Of a DNA stretch of 59,716 nucleotides, positions 27,014 to 35,886 are shown one piece after another. The stretch is from a virus. Its lineage: Duplodnaviria > Caudoviricetes. The notes beneath the pieces were generated by a model. That model was not told the origin of the DNA. It did no database searches and saw only the letters and a program-made list of their open reading frames with translations. The translations under genes were made by a program, and so were the position numbers. The stretch lies in IMG/VR virus record IMGVR_UViG_3300046804_002051, positions 1 through 59,716 of that record. The stretch is one strand, 5' to 3'. The first letter of the stretch is position 1. Every line of letters starts with the position of its first letter.

Positions 27014-27120
27014 TTTATAGTCCGGAATTTAAACTACCAACTACCCTTAACGTGAGTAATTAAGGATTTAGTATACACTCAACAATCAATTTATTTATTA
27101 ATTATTTAAAACTTAAAGTT

Positions 27121-27600
27121 ATGAACTCTAAAGTAGTTATTTTGGCTGATGAAACAACAGGAGCTGTTGTAAATGTATCACAAAACAATCCTGAGTATGG
27201 ATTTATTCGTGTACAACAAGTAAGAACAATGATTGATGACAATGGTTTCTTACGTAGAAAACCTGTATCTGCATTGATTCCTGGTACATTAGCTGAGTTA
27301 AAAGAGTCTGGTTTCTTTGCTGGACAACAGTTAGATGGTAAAATTGTAGTAGAAGAATCTCTTGAGCCATTCAATGAGAAAACTCCAGAAAGAGATCTTA
27401 AAGTAGCTGGAGAAACAGGTATTGTATGTACATTAGGTGGATTACCTATCTACAGAAGAACTAAATTTTCTTTTGATGCAAATGGTGCAGATACTTTAAT
27501 TAAACATGATAATGTTGAAGAGTTACGTGCAGCATATGCTAAAGGTAAATCTTCTGCAATTCGTCCAAATATAAGTGAAGACTTTTCAATTGGAGGATAG
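27121..27600 (+). CDS. hypothetical beta-rich protein, possibly ssDNA-binding (OB-like)
   Basis: 159 aa; followed by a strong terminator; fold is a guess. Confidence 0.45.
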   Translation: MNSKVVILADETTGAVVNVSQNNPEYGFIRVQQVRTMIDDNGFLRRKPVSALIPGTLAELKESGFFAGQQLDGKIVVEESLEPFNEKTPERDLKVAGETGIVCTLGGLPIYRRTKFSFDANGADTLIKHDNVEELRAAYAKGKSSAIRPNISEDFSIGG

Positions 27601-27617
27601 TATTTATTAGTTAGTTA

Positions 27618-27647
27618 AGAGAGGGACATTCGTGTCCCTCTCTATTT
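27618..27647 (+). terminator. intrinsic terminator
   Basis: 11-bp stem AGAGAGGGACA-TTCG-TGTCCCTCTCT. Confidence 0.8.
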
Positions 27648-27663
27648 ATGAATGTAAAATTGT

Positions 27664-28152
27664 ATGATTAAAATGGAAAAGTTAAAACAACAGGTAAGAG
27701 ATTACCAATTATCTGCAGGTAAAATGTACATGCAGTATGAACAAGACAAGTATTCTGTATATCAGAACTATTTGTATAAGAGAGCATTATATGGTCTAGA
27801 TGCTCTAACTCCACAAGAACTTTCTACAATGTGTAGCAAGAAGAAACAAAGAATACTTAATGTGTATAAGAAATCACAAGCTGTATTAAATACACATAAA
27901 CAGAAACTTACTATTGAATACACCAATAGGATTTTTACTACTTTGTTTCCAAAAGCTAAATTGACAAAAGAACTTGTTACTATCAATGATATAGATGAAA
28001 AGTTCAAGAATACTTTAACTTTTAAAGATTTAAACATTGATAAAGATCAAATTATTAGTATCTTTATAGCCGAAGGTATACTACCTAAAAACTTTTTAAG
28101 TTTAAAAGAAGCACCGGTTAGTCTACCTCAGCTTAAAAATCAAAGAGTATGA
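27664..28152 (+). CDS. hypothetical protein
   Basis: 162-aa ORF. Confidence 0.7.
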   Translation: MIKMEKLKQQVRDYQLSAGKMYMQYEQDKYSVYQNYLYKRALYGLDALTPQELSTMCSKKKQRILNVYKKSQAVLNTHKQKLTIEYTNRIFTTLFPKAKLTKELVTINDIDEKFKNTLTFKDLNIDKDQIISIFIAEGILPKNFLSLKEAPVSLPQLKNQRV

Positions 28153-28430
28153 GAACATTTTATGACATTAGAGAATTATCTCCAGCAAGAGAAAGATGGA
28201 GACCGCTAGAAGTAAAAGTTTTGTTAAGTAGTAAAAAGAAGTATTTAATTAAAGTTATTACAGCAGAAGATAAAAGATCTGGTGATTTAATAAACAAGTA
28301 TATTGTCTGTCCAAAAGATAATTTTCTTGATAAAGATCTTCACATTACTGAAAGTTTTTGGAGTGCTTTAAAGAATTTTCTTTTTAAGAAAGTAAATAAG
28401 TATCCTGAGTTTCCAGAAGAATTACTATGA
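28149..28430 (+). CDS. hypothetical protein
   Basis: 93 aa; ATGA overlaps on both sides. Confidence 0.65.
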   Translation: MRTFYDIRELSPARERWRPLEVKVLLSSKKKYLIKVITAEDKRSGDLINKYIVCPKDNFLDKDLHITESFWSALKNFLFKKVNKYPEFPEELL

Positions 28431-28831
28431 AACTTAAAATCTGTGATGGTTGTCAGAAAGAGACTGTCATTTGGAAGAACCACGAGGGATTCAAATACTG
28501 TAAATATTGTTGGAGTTGCCAAAAAGCCATTGATAATAACAGTTCACAGAAACCAACTGATTATAAAATCCCTCTGGTTTCTTCTAAACGTAAAAAGAAA
28601 GACCAGGAGTATCTTAAATTAAGAGAAAGATATCTAACACAAAATCATTTATGTATGGTAAAGGTAAATGGTTGTACCAATGGTGCAACTGATGTTCATC
28701 ACACATATGCAGGTAGTAATAGAGATGCTTTTTACTTAGTTCAGAGCACTTGGTTGGCTGTCTGTAGAAATTGTCATGATTGGATTCATGCTCATCCTAC
28801 AGAAGCAAGAACAATGAATTGGTTAAAATAA
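28427..28831 (+). CDS. HNH endonuclease with N-terminal Zn ribbon
   Basis: CDGC ... CKYC; C ... C ... ATDVHH ... WLAVCRNCHDWIH. Confidence 0.8.
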   Translation: MKLKICDGCQKETVIWKNHEGFKYCKYCWSCQKAIDNNSSQKPTDYKIPLVSSKRKKKDQEYLKLRERYLTQNHLCMVKVNGCTNGATDVHHTYAGSNRDAFYLVQSTWLAVCRNCHDWIHAHPTEARTMNWLK

Positions 28832-28835
28832 ACTT

Positions 28836-29942
28836 ATGGAGACATTATTGACAAAAGATGAGGTTCAATTAGAAGCATTAGCAGCAACTGATGGAAAAAG
28901 AAGATGTAGTGTAGTTTTAGGTACTGGTGTAGGAAAGACTCTGGTGGGTCTCAATCATATAGAACGTAATACTACTCCATTGATGAAAGTTCTTATTGTT
29001 GCTCCGAAAAGATCAATTTTTCAATCATGGAAAGATGATGCTGTAAAATTTGATAAAGAATATTTGTTAGGTAGAATGGTGTTTACTACTTATTTAAGTC
29101 TGAATAAACATAATCCTCATGACTATAATGCTGTCTATTTAGATGAAGCTCATAGTTTGTTGGATAGTCACCGTGGATTCTTACAGTTGTATGCTGGTAA
29201 GATTCTTGGCTTGACTGGTACTCCACCTAAACGTGGATATTCAGAGAAAGGTAAGTTGTTAAATGAATTCTGTCCTGTAGTATATACATTCAAAGCAGAT
29301 GATGCTGTAGAGAATAAAATACTAAATGATTATCAGATTGTTGTGCACCAGATAAGATTATCTAAAGAGAAAAACTATCCGGTAAACATGTCTGGTAAAC
29401 AATTTATGACTGATGAAGAATCAAACTATACATATTGGTCTAGAAGAATTGATGTAGGATCTGGAAACATGCACATGCTCAGAGTAATGAGAATGAAAGC
29501 AATGATGGAATATCCTAGTAAAGAGAAATATACTAAAATACTAATGGATAGTATTAGTACTAAATGTATTGTCTTTGCTAATACTCAAGCTCAAGCTGAT
29601 AGATTGTGTAGTCATAGCTATCATAGTGGTAATAAAGAGTCTGAAGATAACTTGATGTTATTTAAAGAAGGAAAAATTAATAAACTCTCAACTGTACTGC
29701 AGTTGAATGAAGGTGTAAATATTCCTAATCTTAGACAAGGTATTATTATGCATGCATATGGTAATGAGAGAAAGTCAAGTCAAAGAATTGGTCGTTTATT
29801 AAGACTTAATCCAGATGAAAAAGCTATTGTTCACATACTATGTTATGTAGATACAATAGATGAGAAATGGGTTAAAGAATCATTAGAAGGATTTGATCAG
29901 AGTAAAGTAATGTGGAAAGATTTTGGGGTTAAATTAGATTAA
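28836..29942 (+). CDS. superfamily 2 DEAH helicase (UvsW/ResIII-like)
   Basis: GTGVGKT, LDEAH, GLTGTP, LNEGVNIP, QRIGRLLR. Confidence 0.92.
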   Translation: METLLTKDEVQLEALAATDGKRRCSVVLGTGVGKTLVGLNHIERNTTPLMKVLIVAPKRSIFQSWKDDAVKFDKEYLLGRMVFTTYLSLNKHNPHDYNAVYLDEAHSLLDSHRGFLQLYAGKILGLTGTPPKRGYSEKGKLLNEFCPVVYTFKADDAVENKILNDYQIVVHQIRLSKEKNYPVNMSGKQFMTDEESNYTYWSRRIDVGSGNMHMLRVMRMKAMMEYPSKEKYTKILMDSISTKCIVFANTQAQADRLCSHSYHSGNKESEDNLMLFKEGKINKLSTVLQLNEGVNIPNLRQGIIMHAYGNERKSSQRIGRLLRLNPDEKAIVHILCYVDTIDEKWVKESLEGFDQSKVMWKDFGVKLD

Positions 29943-29971
29943 CCTCATAATTTTTCGTATATTAGAATTAT

Positions 29972-30226
29972 ATGGAAGATACTAGAACACATAAGTTAGT
30001 ACTGTATAATGATGATATTCATAGTTTTTTATATGTGGTTGCATGTCTTATAAAATATTGTAAACATGAACCATTACAAGCTGAACAATGTGCACTTATA
30101 ACTCATAATAAAGGTAAATGTTCTGTCAAATCTGGTGATTTTTTAGATTTATTAGAAATTAAAACTGAACTAGAAAGATTAGATTTGTTGACAGAAATTG
30201 AAGCCTATGAAAGTTATATGCATTGA
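29972..30226 (+). CDS. clpS: ClpS N-degron adaptor
   Basis: LVLYNDDIHSFLYV ... EQCALITHNKGKCSVKSG, Bacteroidota-type ClpS core. Confidence 0.88.
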   Translation: MEDTRTHKLVLYNDDIHSFLYVVACLIKYCKHEPLQAEQCALITHNKGKCSVKSGDFLDLLEIKTELERLDLLTEIEAYESYMH

Positions 30227-30473
30227 CTCCAGTAATAAACCATCAAAAATATCATCTGACGAATGGATACAAGAAGGTGTAACATACACTGTTGTAGAAG
30301 TTGTCAATATGGGTTTACAACCAGGTAAACTGGGAGTCAGATTAAAAGAAGTAAACCTAACTGAGAAATCTTTTCCTTATGAATACTATGATGCCACAAG
30401 GTTTATACCTATTGAAGGTCTCGTAGCCCATTCTATGGAAAAAGAAAAAGAAGTAGAACTTGATTTAGTTTAA
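30198..30473 (+). CDS. hypothetical protein (SH3-like)
   Basis: KVICID ... EGVTYTV ... YDATRF; start probably the later ATG (MKVICID). Confidence 0.6.
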   Translation: MKPMKVICIDSSNKPSKISSDEWIQEGVTYTVVEVVNMGLQPGKLGVRLKEVNLTEKSFPYEYYDATRFIPIEGLVAHSMEKEKEVELDLV

Positions 30474-30474
30474 T

Positions 30475-30912
30475 ATGGAAGAGTACACTAAAGAAGATGT
30501 ACTTGAAGCTCTATCTAAAATTATTGTAAAATCACGTAAAAGAGTTTTAGTAGATCAAAGAAGTTATCTTATTGGTATTTTGGCATATAGATTTATATTA
30601 TCTGAACATACTATTGCAAAGCTTACAGGTCATAAAAGACATACTGTTAATTATAATAAAAAGCTTGCTATAGACTTTTGTAAAGATAAATCATATATGC
30701 AAAATGTATATGTATATGCCCAAATGTTTCCATTTGACTTTAGTGTAATTGAAAAAGAATCCAAAAGTGATAGATCTATAAGAGTAGAATTAGATCTTGA
30801 TAAAAAACTATTTAATAAACTAAAAGCAGTTGGAGCTATAAAAGGTCATGATGACATAAGAGTTACAATTAAGTTTTTCTTAGAAAAAAGTTTAACAATA
30901 TGGGAAGAATGA
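30475..30912 (+). CDS. putative DNA-binding protein: DnaA-C-like HTH plus C-terminal RHH-like segment
   Basis: RSYLIGIL ... SEHTIAKLTGHKRHTV; RVELDLDKKLFNKLK ... IKFFLE. Confidence 0.45.
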   Translation: MEEYTKEDVLEALSKIIVKSRKRVLVDQRSYLIGILAYRFILSEHTIAKLTGHKRHTVNYNKKLAIDFCKDKSYMQNVYVYAQMFPFDFSVIEKESKSDRSIRVELDLDKKLFNKLKAVGAIKGHDDIRVTIKFFLEKSLTIWEE

Positions 30913-31160
30913 AAGAAGTCTGTATTCAGATTATGAATGAAAATGAGGGAATACCGGAAGGTATGACTATAGCAGATGTTGCTAGAATGAAAGAATTAGA
31001 AATATATAATTGGGAAGAGTATGAAAGATACCAAGAAAGGACAAGATTACAACAGTATCAACAAGAAAATACAGGAGAGGTTGGAAAGACTGAACAAGTC
31101 AGCAAAAAATTCTCCTCGTGGTATGGTAAAGCAAGAGAAAATAAAAACAGTGAACAATGA
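30900..31160 (+). CDS. hypothetical protein
   Basis: 86-aa ORF. Confidence 0.6.
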   Translation: MGRMKEVCIQIMNENEGIPEGMTIADVARMKELEIYNWEEYERYQERTRLQQYQQENTGEVGKTEQVSKKFSSWYGKARENKNSEQ

Positions 31161-31609
31161 AGAAGGTGATTAATTTATTAGGAGCAATACTAATTACAGG
31201 AAGTATTACTGCTCAGTGGACATATAAAGTTAGTAATAATGGTTTTGATGACCCATATAAAATTGCATATACAGAAGTAAATAATAATGCATTTTTAAAA
31301 ATGGAAAATGTAGATAGTTCTATTGTACTTTATGTACAAGGTGGATACTATTGTGATGAAAAACCAACAGTTGATGTTGTTTTTGTTGTAAACGGAACAG
31401 ATAAAAAATATAAGTTTATAGGTAATAAATCTCAAGATAACAGTACTGTATTTATTTCATGGTATTTTGATCTTTATTCAGATGCTGTAGTAGATTTTAA
31501 AGCTGCATCAAGTATAAGAATTAGAATAAATGAAAGTTTTTGTACATCAGAAATATACAACTTTAATATGGGTAACAGCAAAGCTGCTTATGATTTCATG
31601 ATTAAATAA
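31157..31609 (+). CDS. exported/periplasmic protein with Sec signal peptide
   Basis: MKKVINLLGAILITGSITA|QW; beta-rich mature part. Confidence 0.7.
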   Translation: MKKVINLLGAILITGSITAQWTYKVSNNGFDDPYKIAYTEVNNNAFLKMENVDSSIVLYVQGGYYCDEKPTVDVVFVVNGTDKKYKFIGNKSQDNSTVFISWYFDLYSDAVVDFKAASSIRIRINESFCTSEIYNFNMGNSKAAYDFMIK

Positions 31610-31803
31610 TGAAACATTTTATTAAATATCTAGTGGTATGGATAAGTCAAAACTTATCTATACCATTTTGGATGGTGGGTCATGTACATCTGACAGTAAA
31701 TGTTTATGAAGATATCTATGAGATATTAGCATCATTTGGAATGAATATCATTGTTGCTGTAGGATTTATTATTGATTATCGGGACCAAAGAAAAAATAAG
31801 TAA
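31609..31803 (+). CDS. small membrane protein
   Basis: 64 aa; hydrophobic segments. Confidence 0.6.
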   Translation: MKHFIKYLVVWISQNLSIPFWMVGHVHLTVNVYEDIYEILASFGMNIIVAVGFIIDYRDQRKNK

Positions 31804-31821
31804 CCTTTAAATCAGAATAAG

Positions 31822-31905
31822 ATGATGATTGGAATTGTATTTCTATTATTAGGACTTATTACAGGTCTTATAATAGGTTATAATATTATGAAAAATGGTA
31901 ATTGA
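31822..31905 (+). CDS. 27-aa single-TM micropeptide (MMIGIVFLLLGLITGLIIGYNIMKNGN)
   Basis: translated by hand; overlaps the next start. Confidence 0.45.
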   Translation: MMIGIVFLLLGLITGLIIGYNIMKNGN

Positions 31906-32761
31906 AAAAGTTACTAGAAAATCCATGATTATAAGACCATCAGGCCGTAGTACTGATTTTATCAGTCCAAGCTTTGGTCATGGCTGTTTGTATAACTGTA
32001 CTTACTGTTATATGAAAAGACATAAGCCGGAAGGATTATCTGTAGCAACTAATACTATGGATATCCTGACAGAGATTAATTCACATGCTTATTTTTCTAC
32101 TGTAGAGAAACCAAATCAGACGGGAGAGTATGTAACTTATGATATCTCTTGTAATGAAGACTTTGCTTTACATGCTAAATATCATGACTGGAAGACAATC
32201 TTTAAGTTTTTTAGAGAGCATCCTCTTGCTATGGGTTCATTTGCTACTAAGTATGTAAATGCAGATTTGCTTGAACTTAATCCAGAAGGTAAGATTAGAG
32301 TAAGATTTAGTCTAATGCCGGAGAAATGGAGAAAAATACTTGAACCTAATACAAGTTCTATTGATTTAAGATTGAATGCTGTACCAAGATTTATTGATGC
32401 AGGTTATGAAGTTCATCTTAACTTTAGTCCTATAATAGTTCATGACAATTGGTTAACTGAATATGAGTTTTTATTTCATTTGATTAATAGACATGCTCAT
32501 TTTAATAATTGGAATAATGATGCTGTCAAAGCTGAAGTAATATTTCTTACTCATAATGAACAGAAACATCTGTATAATCTAGAGAATAAACTTCCAGGAG
32601 AAGAATTACTTTGGGTACCCAAAATACAAGAAACTAAAACTTCTCAGTATGGTGGAGCTAATCTTAGGTATGAACACAATAGGAAAGCAGATTACATCAA
32701 ACAGTGGACTAAATTGCATGATGAACATATTCCTTGGAATACAATTAGGTATATATTTTAA
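31895..32761 (+). CDS. spore photoproduct lyase-like radical SAM protein
   Basis: GCLYNCTYCY, DISCNED (SplB second-Cys region), FATK, RVRFSL, GYEVHLNFSPII. Confidence 0.8.
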   Translation: MVIEKVTRKSMIIRPSGRSTDFISPSFGHGCLYNCTYCYMKRHKPEGLSVATNTMDILTEINSHAYFSTVEKPNQTGEYVTYDISCNEDFALHAKYHDWKTIFKFFREHPLAMGSFATKYVNADLLELNPEGKIRVRFSLMPEKWRKILEPNTSSIDLRLNAVPRFIDAGYEVHLNFSPIIVHDNWLTEYEFLFHLINRHAHFNNWNNDAVKAEVIFLTHNEQKHLYNLENKLPGEELLWVPKIQETKTSQYGGANLRYEHNRKADYIKQWTKLHDEHIPWNTIRYIF

Positions 32762-32772
32762 ATTAAAATAAA

Positions 32773-33057
32773 ATGGAAGAAAAAATAACAAATGAAACAT
32801 TAATTCAAAATAGTTGGGTTAATGAGGGTATTAGTTACTCTAAAGATTGGAATGGATCAAGATATAGATTGTTTTTATCCCACAATTATGGAGTAGATGG
32901 TAATTATTTTATAAAGCTTCAACAAGATTTAAGTGATCATTCTCCTTCAATAAACATAAACTGTTTAACAATGAGAGATTTGGAATCATTACAAGCATTA
33001 TTTCATAGAGCAACTGCTTTGGATGTAATGAAAGATGTCATGAGAAATTATCTTTAA
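32773..33057 (+). CDS. hypothetical protein
   Basis: 94-aa ORF. Confidence 0.65.
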   Translation: MEEKITNETLIQNSWVNEGISYSKDWNGSRYRLFLSHNYGVDGNYFIKLQQDLSDHSPSININCLTMRDLESLQALFHRATALDVMKDVMRNYL

Positions 33058-33061
33058 ATGT

Positions 33062-33340
33062 ATGACACTCAGAGATACAGAACTTATAGGTAAAAAGCTT
33101 GTAAAGTATGGATTCTATAGATCTAATACTGATCATCAAAATTATAGACTTCCTAAAGTTGAAGGTACTATAGAGGTGCAGTTTAAAAGATTTGGAAATG
33201 TTTGGTTTGCTTTAATACTTCATGAAATAGATCTACATACTAAAGTTAAATTTGATGGTCATCAAGCTACATTTACTCCAGAAGATTTAGTAGAAGAACA
33301 TAAGAAATTACAAGCAATGTTTAAATTTTTAAGATCATGA
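33062..33340 (+). CDS. hypothetical protein
   Basis: 92-aa ORF. Confidence 0.65.
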   Translation: MTLRDTELIGKKLVKYGFYRSNTDHQNYRLPKVEGTIEVQFKRFGNVWFALILHEIDLHTKVKFDGHQATFTPEDLVEEHKKLQAMFKFLRS

Positions 33341-33744
33341 TAAAAACATTTAAGGATCCTAAAATCATGGCAATGATTAGGAATATTTGTAAGGAACATT
33401 GGGAAGTTGCAAAACCAAGTGATAGCAATATTGGATATTTATGGTATATGTATGCAGCAGGCACCAAAGTAGGAACATTCAGACCATTTATTTTTCTTGC
33501 AGAATTAAACTTGTTAGTTAAAACAGGTTACATTACTGCAGTAGAGAAAGATAATATGATTGTGATGTTGGATAGTTCAGATGAAGATAATGCTCATGTA
33601 CTTGCATATTCTATACTTACATTAAGAAAAAGTAGAATAGAGGATTTAGGATTATGGACTACTGATAATGATAAATACAGTGAAATTGATTATATTAGAG
33701 ATATTATTAATACTCAAATGTTTGTAGGACAATGGCAGAAATAA
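33337..33744 (+). CDS. hypothetical protein carrying the MLxSxDxDN motif
   Basis: MLDSSDEDNAHVLA, shared with 43029 and 45868. Confidence 0.65.
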   Translation: MIKTFKDPKIMAMIRNICKEHWEVAKPSDSNIGYLWYMYAAGTKVGTFRPFIFLAELNLLVKTGYITAVEKDNMIVMLDSSDEDNAHVLAYSILTLRKSRIEDLGLWTTDNDKYSEIDYIRDIINTQMFVGQWQK

Positions 33745-33956
33745 TTTTAAAATTCCAAGAAGATGAACTTGATGATGCTAGAACTGCATTAGATGGTTAT
33801 AAATGGAAGGGTGCTATGTGGGATCTTGATCAATGGCTTAGAGGTGAGATAAAGTATAATGAAAAATTATCTGCAGAAACAGATAGAGCTTATCAAGCTG
33901 TTAGAGATAAGATCCGGGAAATTTTAAATGATGACAACCTAAATATAGAATCATGA
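33732..33956 (+). CDS. conserved-looking phage hypothetical protein
   Basis: ALDGYKWKGAMWDLDQWLRGEIKY. Confidence 0.65.
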   Translation: MAEIILKFQEDELDDARTALDGYKWKGAMWDLDQWLRGEIKYNEKLSAETDRAYQAVRDKIREILNDDNLNIES

Positions 33957-34045
33957 AAGAGTTAGTTGAAATTGTTGATGTACTTTGTGTTACAGTAGTA
34001 GTACTATTTTTTATGTATGGTGTTTATAAAGTATTAATGGATTAG
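33953..34045 (+). CDS. 30-aa single-TM micropeptide
   Basis: MKELVEIVDVLCVTVVVLFFMYGVYKVLMD; ATGA overlap; fills the gap. Confidence 0.5.
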   Translation: MKELVEIVDVLCVTVVVLFFMYGVYKVLMD

Positions 34046-34046
34046 T

Positions 34047-34229
34047 ATGGAATGTATTAAATGCGGAGCTCCGGCAACTAAAAGGTATAGTCCTGATCTT
34101 GATATCAAAGGTATAGGAATGTGTGCTGAGCATACAGATGAGATTATGATAGATCTTATGGTAGCTCAGTTTGATAAAAGAGGCTGGGAGAAGTTTGAGA
34201 AAAAGTATTTACCTAAAAAAGATAAGTAA
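34047..34229 (+). CDS. small Zn-finger protein
   Basis: CIKC ... CAEH. Confidence 0.6.
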   Translation: MECIKCGAPATKRYSPDLDIKGIGMCAEHTDEIMIDLMVAQFDKRGWEKFEKKYLPKKDK

Positions 34230-34324
34230 TGGAATTTGTAATTGGAGCAGTTATAGTAGTTATAATTGCAGGTTTAATAATTTATAACTTAAAAGATGAA
34301 AACTATCATAACTGGGATGATTGA
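34229..34324 (+). CDS. 31-aa single-TM micropeptide
   Basis: MEFVIGAVIVVIIAGLIIYNLKDENYHNWDD; TAATG coupling. Confidence 0.5.
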   Translation: MEFVIGAVIVVIIAGLIIYNLKDENYHNWDD

Positions 34325-34374
34325 TTGTATGTTTACAGCCATCATCAGTATTGTTTATAGAAATATTGATTAAT

Positions 34375-35274
34375 ATGATAACTGTAGAAGTATTATCTAA
34401 AAAATTAAATATTGCTGACATAAGAACTGTTAAGCAAATACTAGCAAATAAAGAACTTTCTGAAGAAATTGCAAAAAGAGATGTAATATCTGAAAGAAAG
34501 TTGGTGGAGGAATATCAAATTCCTCAGAGCCATTTAAGAAATCTGAAACAAAAAAATAAAATATCTTATTTCTGTACTACAGGTGAATTAAATAAAAGTA
34601 GTAGAGGATCTAAAGCTTATTATTTTGTAGATGAAGTTCAAGAAATATTTGGATATAATATTAAGTATAACAAATCATTAGTATTTAAGCATAACATATT
34701 TAATAAACTAATGGTAGATTTATCTAAGGAGTTTTGTACAAATAGGGAATCCAGATTATTAGAAATGTTACTTGTACAAAATCTATCAGTAGAAGAAATT
34801 GCTTATGAAGAAGGTGTGGGTGTTGTTAGAGCAAATGATATGATTAATAAAGCTCATAGAAGAGTACTTAGTAAGATTTATAGTCTTAAAAAAATGTTTG
34901 CTGAATGGCCTAATGAACTAGCTTATAAAACTGAAAATCAGTTACTTAAAAAACAAAATACAGAATTGTATCATAAGTTTTTAAGAAATAAAAAAAACAA
35001 AGAAGCTAAAGATTATTTGTCTCAAGATGCTGTTCAACACTTTATTAAATATGGATATGATCTTAAAGATTTAGATAAACCTATTATAGATTTTGATTTA
35101 TCTGTAAGAGCTCTTAATGGGTTAAAAAGTATAGAAATTGAAAAGCTTGAAGACTTGCTATCTTATAGTAAACATGATCTTTATTGTATAAGGAATATGG
35201 GTGATAAGAGTATAAGAGAAATCTGTGATTGGTTAGAAGATACTTATAATTGGAAATTAAAAATTAAGAATTAA
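34375..35274 (+). CDS. transcription regulator: excisionase-like HTH + sigma70 region-4-like HTH + RNA polymerase alpha-CTD
   Basis: C-terminal FDLSVRALNGLKSIEIEKLEDLL ... IRNMGDKSIREI is an alpha-CTD; TNRESRLLEM ... SVEEIA is sigma4-like; ATG at 34375 preferred to TTG at 34321. Confidence 0.75.
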   Translation: MITVEVLSKKLNIADIRTVKQILANKELSEEIAKRDVISERKLVEEYQIPQSHLRNLKQKNKISYFCTTGELNKSSRGSKAYYFVDEVQEIFGYNIKYNKSLVFKHNIFNKLMVDLSKEFCTNRESRLLEMLLVQNLSVEEIAYEEGVGVVRANDMINKAHRRVLSKIYSLKKMFAEWPNELAYKTENQLLKKQNTELYHKFLRNKKNKEAKDYLSQDAVQHFIKYGYDLKDLDKPIIDFDLSVRALNGLKSIEIEKLEDLLSYSKHDLYCIRNMGDKSIREICDWLEDTYNWKLKIKN

Positions 35275-35278
35275 TGAG

Positions 35279-35530
35279 ATGACAGAACAAGAATTAATAG
35301 ATCTTGGCTTTGATAGAGTAGATATACTTGATGATGAAAGCCAAAATGGATATGATTACTATTACTATCATAAAGAGTTATGTTCTGGAGTACTTTTACA
35401 TAGTACAGATAATATTGATGTTGTAGGTGATAAATGGGCTTTAAAATCATTTGAGATTCCGGCATTAAATATTATAGATAAAGAACATTATGATCATTTT
35501 CTTGAAATAATGAACAATATAACTTGTTAA
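35279..35530 (+). CDS. hypothetical protein
   Basis: 83 aa; MTEQELIDLGF phage-type start. Confidence 0.65.
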   Translation: MTEQELIDLGFDRVDILDDESQNGYDYYYYHKELCSGVLLHSTDNIDVVGDKWALKSFEIPALNIIDKEHYDHFLEIMNNITC

Positions 35531-35886
35531 GTATGTTTAGTGGAAAGTTTATAAAGAAAGATGGCAAACTTGTATTTGCTCATCCTCAAGACAAACTGTC
35601 TTATGAAATCTTTCTAGAAAAGATACCAGAAGGTCAAAAAGTAGATATGTATTTAGATCTGGCAAATACAGATCATAGTAAAGCACAACTTGCAAAAGTA
35701 CATGCTTGTATTAGAGAATTAGCAAAAGAATCTGGTTACACTTTTGATGAAATGAAACTTGTAGTAAAACAAGCTTCAGGACTTGAAGGTAAGTCTTTTG
35801 CAGATTGTAGTAAAGATGATTTGATGTTAGCTATAGAAGCTTGTATACAAATAGGTAAAGAACAATTTAATCTTTCTCTGGAGTAG
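35524..35886 (+). CDS. NinB/Orf-like recombination mediator
   Basis: SKAQLAKVHACIRELAKESGYTFDEMK ... SFADCSKDDL; start probably ATG at 35533. Confidence 0.55.
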   Translation: MLSMFSGKFIKKDGKLVFAHPQDKLSYEIFLEKIPEGQKVDMYLDLANTDHSKAQLAKVHACIRELAKESGYTFDEMKLVVKQASGLEGKSFADCSKDDLMLAIEACIQIGKEQFNLSLE

